A program made the position numbers and the translations under genes. The notes beneath the pieces are model-generated. The model was given only the letters and a program-made list of their open reading frames with translations, did not search any database and had not been told where the DNA came from. 64,000 nucleotides of DNA from Octopus vulgaris (lineage: Eukaryota), in assembly GCA_951406725.2 (NCBI GenBank), contig OX597816.1, forward strand, positions 142,042,001 to 142,106,000, in the 5' to 3' direction. Below, in pieces: positions 12,687-24,987 of this stretch (position 1 is the stretch's first letter; every line of letters begins with the position of its first letter).

Positions 12687-13188
12687 TGACCAGTATAGTC
12701 AGAGAAGCTTAAAACCAGTAGAAATGCTGAGTCTTCAGCTATCAGGGTTCTGAAAATGGCTGGCTGTGAGATTCGTATCACTGCACTCTTTGTCTATCTG
12801 CCAGAAAGTCACCATTAAATTTGACATGTTATTGACTACAGGATGTCTGACTCTAAATTAGAACTGGAACACTAGTACTGTGGCCATTATCCCTGCTATT
12901 GGTATTATCACTGATGTTGTCGTTATTAATATCATTTTCTTGGTCATGCCCACTTAGATATGGAAGTTGTGACCTCAAACATTTGTAATCACTTATCCCT
13001 TACTGTATTGTACCACTGATGGCGTTTTTGAAAATTTGTGTGTATATATATATATCACAGTGAGGATATTCAAACCTCTTCAGGGATATTTATCCAAGAC
13101 ACATTGGTTTAATATATTAAACTTTAAAGAGATAATTCTTCAATGAATATATTATATAGAATATCGTAAGATATCAAACATTGTTATA

Positions 13189-13498
13189 GAGTTAGAAAAC
13201 AAAGATATCTAATGTATACAAATTAGTTTATTAATTAATCAACATATTAACCAACAATTGTTTCATTTCTCAAATAAGATTAAAATTACAAAACATAAAA
13301 ATATAATTTTGCATTTTAAATACCTTATAAGGAAAACCTTGATGATTTTCCTTATAATGTATTTAAAATGCAAAACTATAATTTTATACGTTTTTTAAAA
13401 ATTTTAATCTTATTTGAGAAATGAAACAATTGGTGGTTAATATGTTGATTAATTAATAAATTAATTTGTATCCATTAGATCTCTCTGTTTTCTAACTC
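13189..13498. repeat. Fold-back inverted repeat (~150-bp arms, 9-nt spacer) centred on a hammerhead core
   Basis: GAGTTAGAAAAC...TAAGGAAAA [CCTTGATGA] TTTTCCTTA...GTTTTCTAACTC; the arms align end to end. Confidence 0.9.
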
Positions 13499-13525
13499 AA
13501 TATATATATTATGCATGTATGTATG

Positions 13526-13583
<58 letters not shown>

Positions 13584-14874
13584 CAAAATTTGTATAATGG
13601 GAATATATACTGAACATATAGCAGCAGTTGCATTTCTTGCTGAGCACTGAAAAGGTAATCTTACAAGATTAAAACATGTTTCAACAACAATTATGTAATA
13701 CTGGGAGTAATTTGTTGAAACATATATATGTTTTAAATGAATAGACTACCAAATATGTTTTCTATCTTTTATTGATGCTATACATGTATTTATTTTCATG
13801 TAAAGTTATACATAAAAAAAAGTTTGACAATAAGATGAAAGATCACTCAATTCTTTTGCATGTGTGTGTTCACAAGTGTACAAATGCCTTCACAAATGAG
13901 CTATGATAAAAATCTTGGTGTCAATATGAACCTTTTCCTTGTATAAAAGAATTAGAGCGTGTAGGAAGGAGGAGGGTATATGTGTGTTTGTGTGTGTGTG
14001 TTTGTATTCACAAATGCACAAATATCTTCACAAATGAAACTTTAGGGAAAAAAATGAGAGATCACTAAACTGTAGCTTGCAAACACTGAACTATAGCTAA
14101 TGAAGCATGAAACAACTTCAGTGGGTAGGGGAAATACCCTAAGTAACAAACAAATAAACATTTAGTAAAAATACTTTCAAGCAACTCTTGATAAAAAAGA
14201 GAGGAAATAACAATGATGAAATATGAAAAGAAGGAACCATGACCAGAGAAACAGGAAAATTTCAAAACAATGAAATGACATAAAGATAAACAACAGTTCT
14301 TTATCTCTATGTCATCTCATTGAACAAAAATATAATCAAAATAACAAATAAACAAATATACCAATGACAGCCATACACACTGCTCTGAAAGTAACATAAC
14401 ATTGGAAATCAAACAATAACAGAAAAAATGCCTCTAAAATAAACAATCTGAATAAGATTGACAATCGATGAGTGAAACGATAACTATAAACAAAGAATAA
14501 ATTCACTTCAAATATATATAAATCAAGAATGAACAACGAAAGGTAAAAAAGTTCTTGCCTGAAGATCACAATGGCATGAAACATGGAATGAAAGAAACAA
14601 ATGAATTAAGATTAAACAAGTAATATTCTTGGCAACATATACTGAATACTCTATTTCGTTTCTGTTAACAAGTTAGAACATCTGAGTGTGTGTGTGTTAG
14701 TATAGTTTTTAAAAATATATATAATACATAAACAGGGCCTGAAATATTGCTTGGAGATATATGCAGTATTTCATAAATATCCCCAGTTAAAGTAACATAA
14801 ATGCATGAAACTATCAGTAGCTCTTTTGGTTGTGTTTCAAATTAATGCCTATATATATGTGTGTGTGTGTATAT

Positions 14875-14908
<34 letters not shown>

Positions 14909-14936
14909 TATGTGTGTGTGTATGTGTGTGTGTGTT

Positions 14937-14973
<37 letters not shown>

Positions 14974-15179
14974 AGAAATATGTTTCAGAAAGAAAATAGA
15001 AGCTACACGTAGAAAAGATATGGGGAAAATAAGAAGAAAAAAGCGATAATGCACATTGGATATCAAAAAAATAAAGGCTTCTATATGAAAAGTAGCGATA
15101 AATAAATACAATTAGATGAACTGAAGTAGAATTAAGAGGAATTAAATTAATTATTTTGAATTGTTAAAGAGATTCAGAA

Positions 15180-16490
15180 TAAAACCGGTATCGTCATTGC
15201 TGTTCACTGGCTTTGAATACACACCGATTATCAAACGGTGTTGGGTCTACTAGTCCCTGATTAAAAAGATTGTGTAAGGGAGGTGTTCAGTGAACATTGG
15301 TAGAAGGGGAAAATTAAGAAATTGGGATTTAGGTTCCTAGCATACCTATCTATGTATTCACTGACCTGTATCTGTTTGTATCGTGGGTGGTGGATTTGTT
15401 GTTTGTGAAGAGTGGTTCTTCAGTGGAGTGATATTCCTGTTTGGCCAATATATTGATTACCGCACCCTAAGTGGGTAATGGCATATATTAGGTTTTCTGA
15501 GGCACAGGTGAAATTTGATTTAATCTTAAATATTTCATCTTGTTTAATGTGGAACTCTGTATCCGGCAAAAGGTAGGGGCTTGTGCCACAGTTAGGCCAA
15601 CCGCATCTTTTCACTTTTGGTTCTGTTGTTATGGATAAAGTCTTGTGTAGGTTTATATTTTTTCAATGATTTCAGTTGCATTTTGCTCTTGATAATTTTG
15701 TGTGAGCCCAGTCAGAATGGGTAGATTTTGGATGATAATGTTGAAAGCTTCGTTGTTTCTAGGGTTATGTGTGGAGATGTATGGGAGTATTTTTAAGTCT
15801 GGTGTAGTATTTCAGTTGACTTCCCTTGATGTTCATATGTCTATTTGCTCGTTTAATCTCATCATTTATTAATGATGTTGGGTAATGTCTCTTGATTAGT
15901 ATTGATCTGAGTTCAAGGAGTCTTTGTTTTGGCGTCTGAAACTATGGTACAGATTCTTTTCGCTAGATTATAAGGTATAATAATTTTTATGAGTTTGGGG
16001 TGGCATGAGTTGAATAATAGGTATTGTTTTGAATCTGTGGGTTTATAGAACATGTCCGTTCCGATGTGGTTATTGACTATTTTAATTAGGATGTCAAGAA
16101 AAGAGAGTTTTTTTATTGCTGTGTTCCAAGGTAAATTGTATGTTGCTGTTGATATTGTTGAGCATTATTTTGAAATCGAGGAGTGTGTCCATGCTATCTT
16201 TCCAAAGTATAAAGCAATCATCATATTTTTGTAGTGATGATTGGCATATTTTAAGTTCTAGGTAACCCATTACAAGGTTCGTGATCACTGGGGCAGCTCG
16301 TGTTCCCATCGCAATTCCACATTTTTGTGAATAGTAGACTGTATCGAACATGAAATAGTTGTTCAGTAGGATGAATTTCAGTGCTGCAATTATGAATCTG
16401 TGGTTGATGCATCTTGGGATCTCTTCTGGGTATTTTTCTAGTCCGAAGGTAACTGCTTCTATGCCATAATCATGTGGGATATTGGTGTGT
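15180..16490 (-). mobile_element. Penelope-like element, 5'-truncated: RT + Cys linker + GIY-YIG endonuclease (Neptune-like)
   Basis: TNIPHDYGIEAV..FILLNNYFMFD..YYSQKCGIAMGTRAAP..NLVMGYLE..YDDCFILW..LNNINSNIQFTLE (16094-16516). CGWPNCGT..IKSNFTCASENLIYAITHLGCGNQYIGQTG (15420-15614). Confidence 0.9.
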
Positions 16491-16524
16491 ACACACACAC
16501 ATATATATACATACATATATATAT

Positions 16525-16612
16525 ATCATCATCATCATCATCTAATATCCATTGTCCATGCTGACATGGGTTGGACACTTTGACTGGGCTGGCATGCTGG
16601 AAGGCTGCACCA
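16525..16612 (-). mobile_element. Short RTE 3'-tail fragment
   Basis: (CAT)n followed by TCCATGCTGACATGGGTTGGAC..GGCTGCACCA. Confidence 0.6.
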
Positions 16613-16739
16613 TATATACATATACATATATATACGCACATCTATAAATATATATATATACATACATGTCTATATATCTATACATACACACACACACATA
16701 TATATATATATATACACCCACCCACATGTATATATGAAT

Positions 16740-18383
16740 CAGGCAATAACGGAGGAATTCAAGACAGGATGCCCCTGGGAGCTCCTCTATGCTGATGACC
16801 TTGCTCTAATTGCTGAGTCACTATCAGAACTATAGGAGAAGTTTCAGGTGTGGAAGCAAGGATTAGAATCGAAGAGCCTTAGAATCAACCTAGCCAAAAC
16901 CAAAGTCCTAATAAATAGGAAGGTTGACCAATCACAAACGCCTTCAGGTAGATGGCCCTGCTCGATCTGTAGAAAAGGTGTAGGTAGAAACTCTATAAGA
17001 TGCACCAAGTGTAAGCTATGGACACATAAGAGGTGCAGCAATGTCAAAGGAAGGCTAACTAGGAAAATAGTTTTTGTTTGCTCAGGAGCAATAAACACTG
17101 AAAATGTGCAGAGACCAACTTCTACCACATTCCAGGGAGAAAAACTAGAAGTAGTTGATAGCTTCCGCTACCTAGGTGACCAAGTCAGTAGCGGGGGTGG
17201 ATGTGCTGAAAGTGTAACTGCTAGAGTAAGAATAGCCTGGGCAAAGTTCAGAGAGCTCTTACCCCTACTGGTGACAAAAGGCCTCTCGCTCAGAGTAAAA
17301 GGCAGACTGTATGATGCATGTGTACGAACAGCCATGCTACATGGTAGTGAAACATGGGCTGTGACTGCTGAGGATATGCGTAAGCTCACAAGAAATGAAG
17401 CCAGTATGCTCCGATGGATGTGTAATGTCAGTGTTCATACTCAACAGAGTGTAAGTACCTTGAGAGAAAAGTTGGAACTAAGAAGCATCAGTTATGGTGT
17501 GCAAGAGAGACGTTTGCGCTGGTATGGTCATGTGACGAGAATGGCTGAAGATAGTTGTGTGCAAAAGTGCCACACCCTAGCAGTTGAGGGAACCTGTGGA
17601 AGAGGTAGACCCAGAAAAACCTGGGACGAGGTGGTGAAGCACGACCTTCGAACTTTAGGTCTCACCAAGGAAATGACTAGAGACCGAGACCTATGGAAGT
17701 ATGCTGTGTGTGAGAAGACCCGGCAAGACTAGTGAGACCATAACCCGTGGCTTCTGCCTGGTATGTAGCCAGTTGACTTATACATACCTTTCCATCTTGG
17801 GACACAAAACACCACTTGTGAAGACCTGTTGAGGCAAGTAAAAATCCAAAATCCAAATCCAAATCCAAATCAAATCAGATATCAGAAAGCAGAACCAAAA
17901 TCGAAGTCGATCAACATAAATGGAAATTGCAGCTGTGATACCAGTGCCGGTGACAAGTAAGCGAACCATCCGATCGTGGCCATTGCCAGCGCCGCCCCGA
18001 CTGGCCTCTGTGCCGGTGGCACGTAAAAAGTACCATCCGTTCATGGCCATTGCCAGCCTCGCCTGGACCCCGTGCCAGTGGCACGTAAAAAGCACCATCT
18101 GATCGAGGCCGTTGCCAGCTTCGCCTGGCCCCCGTGCCGGTGGCACGTAAAAAACACCATCCGTCCGTGGCCGTTTGCCAGCCCCGTCTGGCACCTGTGC
18201 GGGTGGCACGTAAAATGCACCCACTACACTCACAGAGTGGTTGGCATTAGGAAGGGCATCCAGCCATAGAAACACTGCCAGATCAGACTGGGCCTGATGC
18301 AGCCTTCTGGTTTCCCAGACCCCAGTTGAACCGTCCAACCCATGCTAGCATGGAAAGCGGATGCTAAATGATGATGATGATGA

Positions 18384-18386
<3 letters not shown>
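16740..18386 (+). mobile_element. Young 5'-truncated RTE-clade LINE (RT C-terminal half, 3' UTR, (GAT)n tail)
   Basis: In frame from 16740: [26 protein letters not shown], then a single stop at 16833-16835. The 294-aa ORF follows (INLAKTKV..LEVVDSFRYLGD..RIAWAKFREL..LRWMC..RRLRWYGHV..GRGRPRKTW). The 3' UTR ends GCTAAATGATGATGATG. Confidence 0.95.
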
Positions 18387-18418
<32 letters not shown>

Positions 18419-19216
18419 TCACACACACACATGCACGTGCATGCACACACACACACAAATACACACACATACACACAGAGACTTTGTAGGATAGTGCAAG
18501 ACAGTATATGTGAGTCAAATCTCGACAGCTTGGGAAAAGTAGATATTAACATGGTAATGGTATTGACGTTGATGGTGTTGGAGGCAGTGAGAGTAATGAC
18601 AATGATGATGATAATACTACAAGACACATGATGTGTATATGTGCGTATGTATACAGCTTCCAACATATACATAAATTCCAATGTATATAACACACCAACT
18701 ATAGATTATTCAGACAGTAGAATGTTTTCCTTTCCTTCTAACAAATATATGCTAATTCGCTAATAATTCCAATAACTCCAAGAGTGATGCTGTTAGCAGA
18801 CACCTAAAGACAATGCTTAATATAACTTCAGGCTTCCTAATATTTTCTAATACAAATGTAGACAGGAAAAACAGCATTTAAAACGATTTCTTAAGAAATA
18901 AAGGACACCATCATTTACTAAATAAGACATAACTACAAGAGACAGCCATATGATTTCTTTTTATCAGTTCTATTCTTCCACTGCATATGTGTGAGTATTT
19001 GAGTGTGTGCATATGCGCACATGTGTGTATTTATGTATGCATATATATATATATATACACACATTATATATGTGTATGTATATATATGTACACATATAAG
19101 CATATATATATTTATACATATGTATGTGTATGTATATATATGTATACATATGTATACACACACACATACACATACACACACACACACACATATATACATA
19201 TCTATATGTATGTATG

Positions 19217-19250
<34 letters not shown>

Positions 19251-19302
19251 CATACATGCATGCATTGACATGCGCACATACACATTTCTACACAAATGTG
19301 TA

Positions 19303-19680
19303 GAAGTGGCTGTGTGGTAAGTAGCTTACTTACCAACCACATGGTTCTGGGTTCTGTCCCACCTTGAGTAACTGTCTTCTACTATAGCCTCGAGCTGACC
19401 AAAGCCTTATGAGTGGATTTGGTGGTTGGAAACTGAAAGAAGTCTGTCATATATATGTGTATGTATGTGTGTGTGTGCTTATGTATCTGTGTTTGTCCCC
19501 CTACCATCGCTTGACAACCGATATTAGTGTGTTTACATCCCTGTAACTTAGCGGTTTAGCAAAAAAGACCGATAGAATAAGTACTTGGCTTACAAAGAAT
19601 GAGTCCTGGAGTCAATTTATTCAACTAAAGGCAGTGCTCCAGCATGCCTGCAATCAAATGACTGAAACAAATAAAAGAAA
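19303..19680 (+). mobile_element. SINE family A (tRNA-like head, internal microsatellite, CR1-like tail)
   Basis: GTGGCTGTGTGGTAAG..GGTTCTGGGTTC head and GCAGTGCTCCAGCATG..CAAATGACTGAAACAA tail; multicopy in the window. Confidence 0.85.
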
Positions 19681-19821
19681 ACGTATAAAAATACACATAC
19701 ATACACACACATGTATATATAATACACTTCTAACTCATGTTAGAGTGAAAAAACATAAAAACAAGAGAATATTATGTATATATAAATATATGATGATGAT
19801 AATGTGATGACAATGATGGTG

Positions 19822-19856
<35 letters not shown>

Positions 19857-20311
19857 GACACATATTATTCTCTTGTCTTTATATTTTCCATTCTAGCATG
19901 AGTTAGAGCGTATTATATATTCACATATACATATATTTATGTGTACATACACCACTTGTACACACTCATGTGTATATGCATCAACACAAGAATAGCCATA
20001 TACTATACATGCATGTGTACAAACAAGAACGACAGCCATATATGATTTCATGTTATCAGTTCTATTTTTCTATTAATTTATATATTTCTTAAGAAATAAA
20101 GGAAAGCAACATTTCACTAAGTATTAACTCTGAGAAGCAACCATAAGATTTCATTATATATTCTCTATACTTCTATTGAACACACACACACACACATGTA
20201 TATATACATATATGTACTACATATATATATATATATATACACACACAGTTATATACATATACATATATATACACACACACACACTTGTGTGTATATACAT
20301 ACATACATACA

Positions 20312-20345
<34 letters not shown>

Positions 20346-20409
20346 CAATATGTAGGTATGTATGTAAATACACTTACCCAATGAGTGACATATTATCATT
20401 GTAAACTGC

Positions 20410-21345
20410 TGCAATAGCAAAGGGAATGCCTTGGAGAGAGAAAACTACTGAGAAATCAAACTACTGGTTCAAGTTATGAAAGTCACAGAGAAAGTCATAA
20501 CACAACTGATCTGTTACAAAGTAAACCCAGATGAGATGTAGTTTGGTTTCTTGCCTGGAAGAGGCATCACAAATGTAGTCTTCCTCATGAGGCATATGTA
20601 GGAGAAATACTCAGCTGAGAGTAAACTACTATTCTTGGCAATTGTTGACATGGAGTGTGAAAGGATAGCCATGTTGAATAATTTAATGGTTACTAAGGGA
20701 ACTAGGTGTAAAGAAATAGCTTTTGAAGAGTATACAAGCTATGTACAAAGATGTAGTTTAGTAAGGGAAGTCAACAATGATTTAAGTGACAAGTTTAGCA
20801 TGAACAGAGAAATTAATCAAGGTTCAGTCCTTAGTCAGCATAGTCTTCCTACAGGCTATCACAGAGGAGTTTAAGACTGGCTGTCCATAGGACAATAAGC
20901 TGGTGATCTAGTTCACCTAGTTGAATCTATAAAGGAATTTGAGTTGAAAATTCAGGTATGGAAGTTAAACCTTGATATTAGTAGTAGGGACACTGTGTTT
21001 TGTCATGCAACCTTAATATACTACAGAGTATATTAAGCATTGAGTTTGTGGGTAGTTAATGGGTTGGATGTGGTGCTGAAGAAGCAGCAAGAACTCCTGA
21101 AATATGCATATACACTCATTACCTGTTTTCTCATTGTCAATTGCATTGTTAATTACATTAATCATATTTGGATATGAAATGTAACAAATCAGAGCTGATT
21201 ATAATTTCTACAGAAAATCTGTTGAGATAACCTTAACATGTGCCAAACCTAGAATCAAGAGGCCTCAAAATTAGCAAAGACCAAAATTTCAGTGAGTAGG
21301 AAAGAAGACAGGACTTGGATATCTTTGGGGAAATGGCCTTGCTCC
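20410..21345 (+). mobile_element. Old RTE LINE RT fragment with internal insertion (~20980-21240)
   Basis: [48 protein letters not shown]; resumes NLESRGL..GKWPCS. Confidence 0.7.
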
Positions 21346-21454
21346 ACCTCTTCAAAGTCCTTTTGAATGCTTGGAATAATAGATTGTGATAGCACATTCA
21401 AGTAAATGGGTCCAGTCAAATTACCTTAAAAAATGCATGTATGTATATATGCTT

Positions 21455-21700
21455 TTCTTTGTGTGTGTGTGTCTTTGGGTCTGTGTTTGTTCACTCACCA
21501 CCACTTGACAACTGGCATTAGTTTGTTTACGTTCTTGTAACTTAGCGGTTTGGTAAAAGAGAACGATAGAATAAGTACCAGGCTTTAAAAAAAGTACTGT
21601 GGTTGATCCATTCAACTAAAATTCTTCAAGGCAGTGGCCCAGCATGGCCACAGTCTAATGACTGAAACAAGTAAAAGATAAATGATAAAATAAAAGATAA
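21455..21700 (+). mobile_element. SINE family A, 3' half
   Basis: CCACTTGACAAC..GTAACTTAGCGGTT..CAGCATGGCCACAGTCTAATGACTGAAACAAGTAAAAGATA. Confidence 0.8.
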
Positions 21701-23665
21701 TGCATACCTGACTGAGATATGTTTACATCACAATAAAGACTCTTAATGAAACAATTGTAGCAGCACCAAATAGCCCATTCATCTCTTTTTATTTCACATA
21801 CACACACTCACACATACACATGCATACATACATATCCGGATTACAAATTTACATTTATACCAATAATAATAGGAACACTTGGTTTCATAAGTAAATGTTT
21901 AACTGTCAGTTTGGATAAGCTTGGATTTTCAGAAAAAAAAATCAACCAACTGGTTCGTACATTACAAATATAATCTGTAAGTGGAACAATAAAACAGTAC
22001 AAGACTTTTCTCAAGTTTAAAATGTGACATTGTTTTCATTATCTACATTCCAAAGATGGAGATTTGTATCTTTGTTAGAAACCAGTACCTTCTTCAGAAG
22101 AAAAATTTAAATGATTGAATACAGAAAAGTCATACATACATATTTATACATATATTCATAAATATATATACACACTCACACACACACATTTTATGAACAA
22201 CAAATTACATAGACCTCACTGCACATCCAATCTGATGATTGGGAACACAAAATTTGAATAACTAGATTTGAGGGGCCAGTTGCAATAACCATAAATGCCT
22301 GTCACCTTTTAGCACTGAGTACTGTTTTGAACTTCTGGCCTGTACCTATGTACACTGCGTGCATGTACTGCACACACACATATACATACACACAAACACA
22401 CATGTATACATATATGAATTGACGCACACATTCATATGTATTTTCTTAATTGATTTCCTTTTTCCTCTCCCCATCTGTCTATTTATCAAAACCTATGTGT
22501 CAGCCTGCTAGTATGCCTGTTCATCTGTCTGTCTCTTAATACACTTGTCTATTTATCCATGAGTCTCAGCATTTATAAGTATACACATCTATTTATCTGT
22601 CTTTCTATTTACGTAGGTAGATATCTACCTATCTGTTTATCTACCTACCTACATATCTGTCTGTCTTCTACATCTTTCTCCTCTGTTTCTTCTTATATCT
22701 GCAGGTTATTTATCCACAAATCTATTTGTTTATATTTCTTTCTGCCTTTCTATCTGCTTATAGCTTTCTACACATATGAAGGTGTATTTGATAATTAGAA
22801 ATATAAATTTAAATGTTGATGATAAATTTAACATTAAAATTCAAAATTAATGATTAAGAAGTTAGAAATTAAGAAATAAAAAAAATGTTAAAATTAGGTA
22901 TATTAATCATAATTAAGAAAGTAATTGCAAATAATTTTGGATATTAGAAGAGAAGTTGTATAATAGCGGTGAATGGAAGAAAATAGTAGTCAATGATTGT
23001 ATAAAAGTAAATATAAAAACATTATAAATATTCAATTTAATTAAATTTGGTACTCTATAAGCACTAATCCAACATTTCTAATGTTTTAGATTTGTGCTTA
23101 TAGAATGCTTAATTTGATTTTAAGTTTAGTAAAAAATATTAATAATTTACTTTATAAACTTACTTGAGTAAATGTATAGGTAATTTTGTGGCAATTAGAG
23201 TTGCTTTATGCAAGTCTTCTGAGAGAATCTTTGTAAAATATTTTCCAGTGTTTTTATGTGAAAAATTTCCATTGATATTCAATGTATATAAATCCAAGAA
23301 TTTAGCCTAATTGTTTTAGATTTAACTATTTTCCTATCAATGCTTTGAGAATAATTCTAAATTCTTATTTAGACAAAAATCCATTGTTAGGATTTCTCCA
23401 CTTGATAAAGTCTGGCTTATATGGTGAAAACAGTAGAGTTTTCAATGAGTGATGAGTATTTTAGCTTTTTTTTATTTTTGTCTTTAATACTCCAGACATA
23501 CTTAGACAATGGTGTGATATTTCTGTTTTCAATGTTGGACAAAGATTAGATGCTGTGTGTACTAATTTTTGAATGAGTTGGCTTTGGTACAGTATTAAAT
23601 ATATATATTACGGAGATGTACTTGCATAGTGAGTGACTTGATCTGAGATTGTGTGCTGGAACGAA

Positions 23666-23817
23666 AACAATTGCAGCATGGAAGGTGTTTATAAGCCATT
23701 TAAGAAACACACAAAACCATTAGATTCACTTCAACATTTAAATTTAATTTGTCAAAATATTTTCGTCATGCAGCACGAAGCTTAAATGGCTTAAACACCT
23801 TCCATGCTGCAATTGTT
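23666..23817. repeat. Inverted repeat, ~38-bp arms, within a short element flanked by (TA)n
   Basis: AACAATTGCAGCATGGAAGGTGTTTATAAGCCATTTAAG versus CTTAAATGGCTTAAACACCTTCCATGCTGCAATTGTT. Confidence 0.85.
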
Positions 23818-24446
23818 AAATATATATATATACATATACACACACATATATATATATAATGTAGCTGCAGTTGAATGACTGAAACAAATAAAGGGTAAAC
23901 GATGTGTGTGTGTGTGTGTCTGTCTGTCCGTGTCTGTGTACGTATATGTTTAACAAATATTGTTTTAGCTATGAAACATTTGTAGTCTTTATATATGTAT
24001 ATATGCATATAATAATATAAATAATATATAAATATATGCATATATACATACATATATGTACATACCTACATATATATGTAAATATATACATGCATATATG
24101 GATACAGGACATCAAAAAAACTTTGAACACAATGAGAAACGAAAACATAAAAACAAAAACATAGAAAACAAACTTTTTTCAAACAACGAAAAAAACAGAG
24201 AAATGAGTCACGCAACATAAAGAATATTCCCCTTCATCAGTTGTCCCTGTTTCACCTACTCCATGTTTCGTAGGTAAAGACAATACACGACTTCATTGAA
24301 ATAGTCCTTCCCACAAAGCAAATTAAATAAAATTTGGGATTCTTTTGAGGAGGGTGAAAGTGGTCACAAGAACAGGACAGAGAGAACAAGACAGTAAAAA
24401 CAAACGGTGAGGGCTGCTGAGCCAAGACGATGCATATATGCAAAAA

Positions 24447-24484
24447 CTGTCCGATGAACAGCAATGGGAAACTCAGAGTAACAG
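24447..24484 (+). ncRNA. Minimal type-I hammerhead-like motif in a ~430-bp non-coding element (24100-24525)
   Basis: ctgt CCGATGA acagcaatgg GAAAC tc-a-ga GTA acag. Stem I is ctgt/acag and stem III is actc/gagt; the core has a U4C change. Confidence 0.5.
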
Positions 24485-24987
24485 GTTTTGTTGAATTTTC
24501 TGCTGCTTTAAATAAAGTATATATATATGTGTGTGTGTGTGTGTTCGTGCATGTGTGTTCATGCTTGAGTGCATATGTAGTTTGCTGTTCTGTTAAGGTA
24601 GGATCAACAAAAAAAGTACTCTGAGGGTTGAACTACAAACCTCAAATCATGAGGTCAAATCTACTCTTAATGGCCTATGTGTCACACCATCACACAAACA
24701 TTATACCCTCAATAATTCAATAACAATTAGGTTTTAATTTTTATTGGAACTTCATAGTTGAATGAGTGATTACTGGTTTGAAGTTGATCTTTTGTCTTTA
24801 AGTACACATAGATATTTTTTTGTACAGCTGATTTCTTATTCATTATTAATGCTTGCTTTACCTTGCCTGGACATCATATTTCTATGAAATTAAAGCAACA
24901 AATCAATTAATCATAAACTAAGATTGTAGCCTATTCAAAAATATACAGAAGAATATGAAGAAATATTCCAAGAGGAAACATCCATAA

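Noticed and set aside
12684-13025. Possible Tc1/mariner-family non-autonomous remnant
   Set aside because: Only a vague N-terminal HTH-like translation; no TIR pair could be confirmed.
14555-14590. CTGAAGA...GAAAC hammerhead-like string (similar weak cases at ~13645-13682, 27885, 38648, 43550)
   Set aside because: Stems or the GUH triplet are missing or too degenerate to support.
17940-18230. Regularly spaced palindromic repeats resembling a CRISPR array (also 12206-12425, 43015-43150)
   Set aside because: The spacers are homologous to each other, there are no cas genes, and the repeats are part of a LINE 3' UTR in a eukaryotic context.
18885-20175. Diverged local direct duplications (18885-18980 vs 20030-20170; also 13860 vs 14005)
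   Set aside because: Short, old and without termini or coding signal; ordinary microsatellite-associated duplication.
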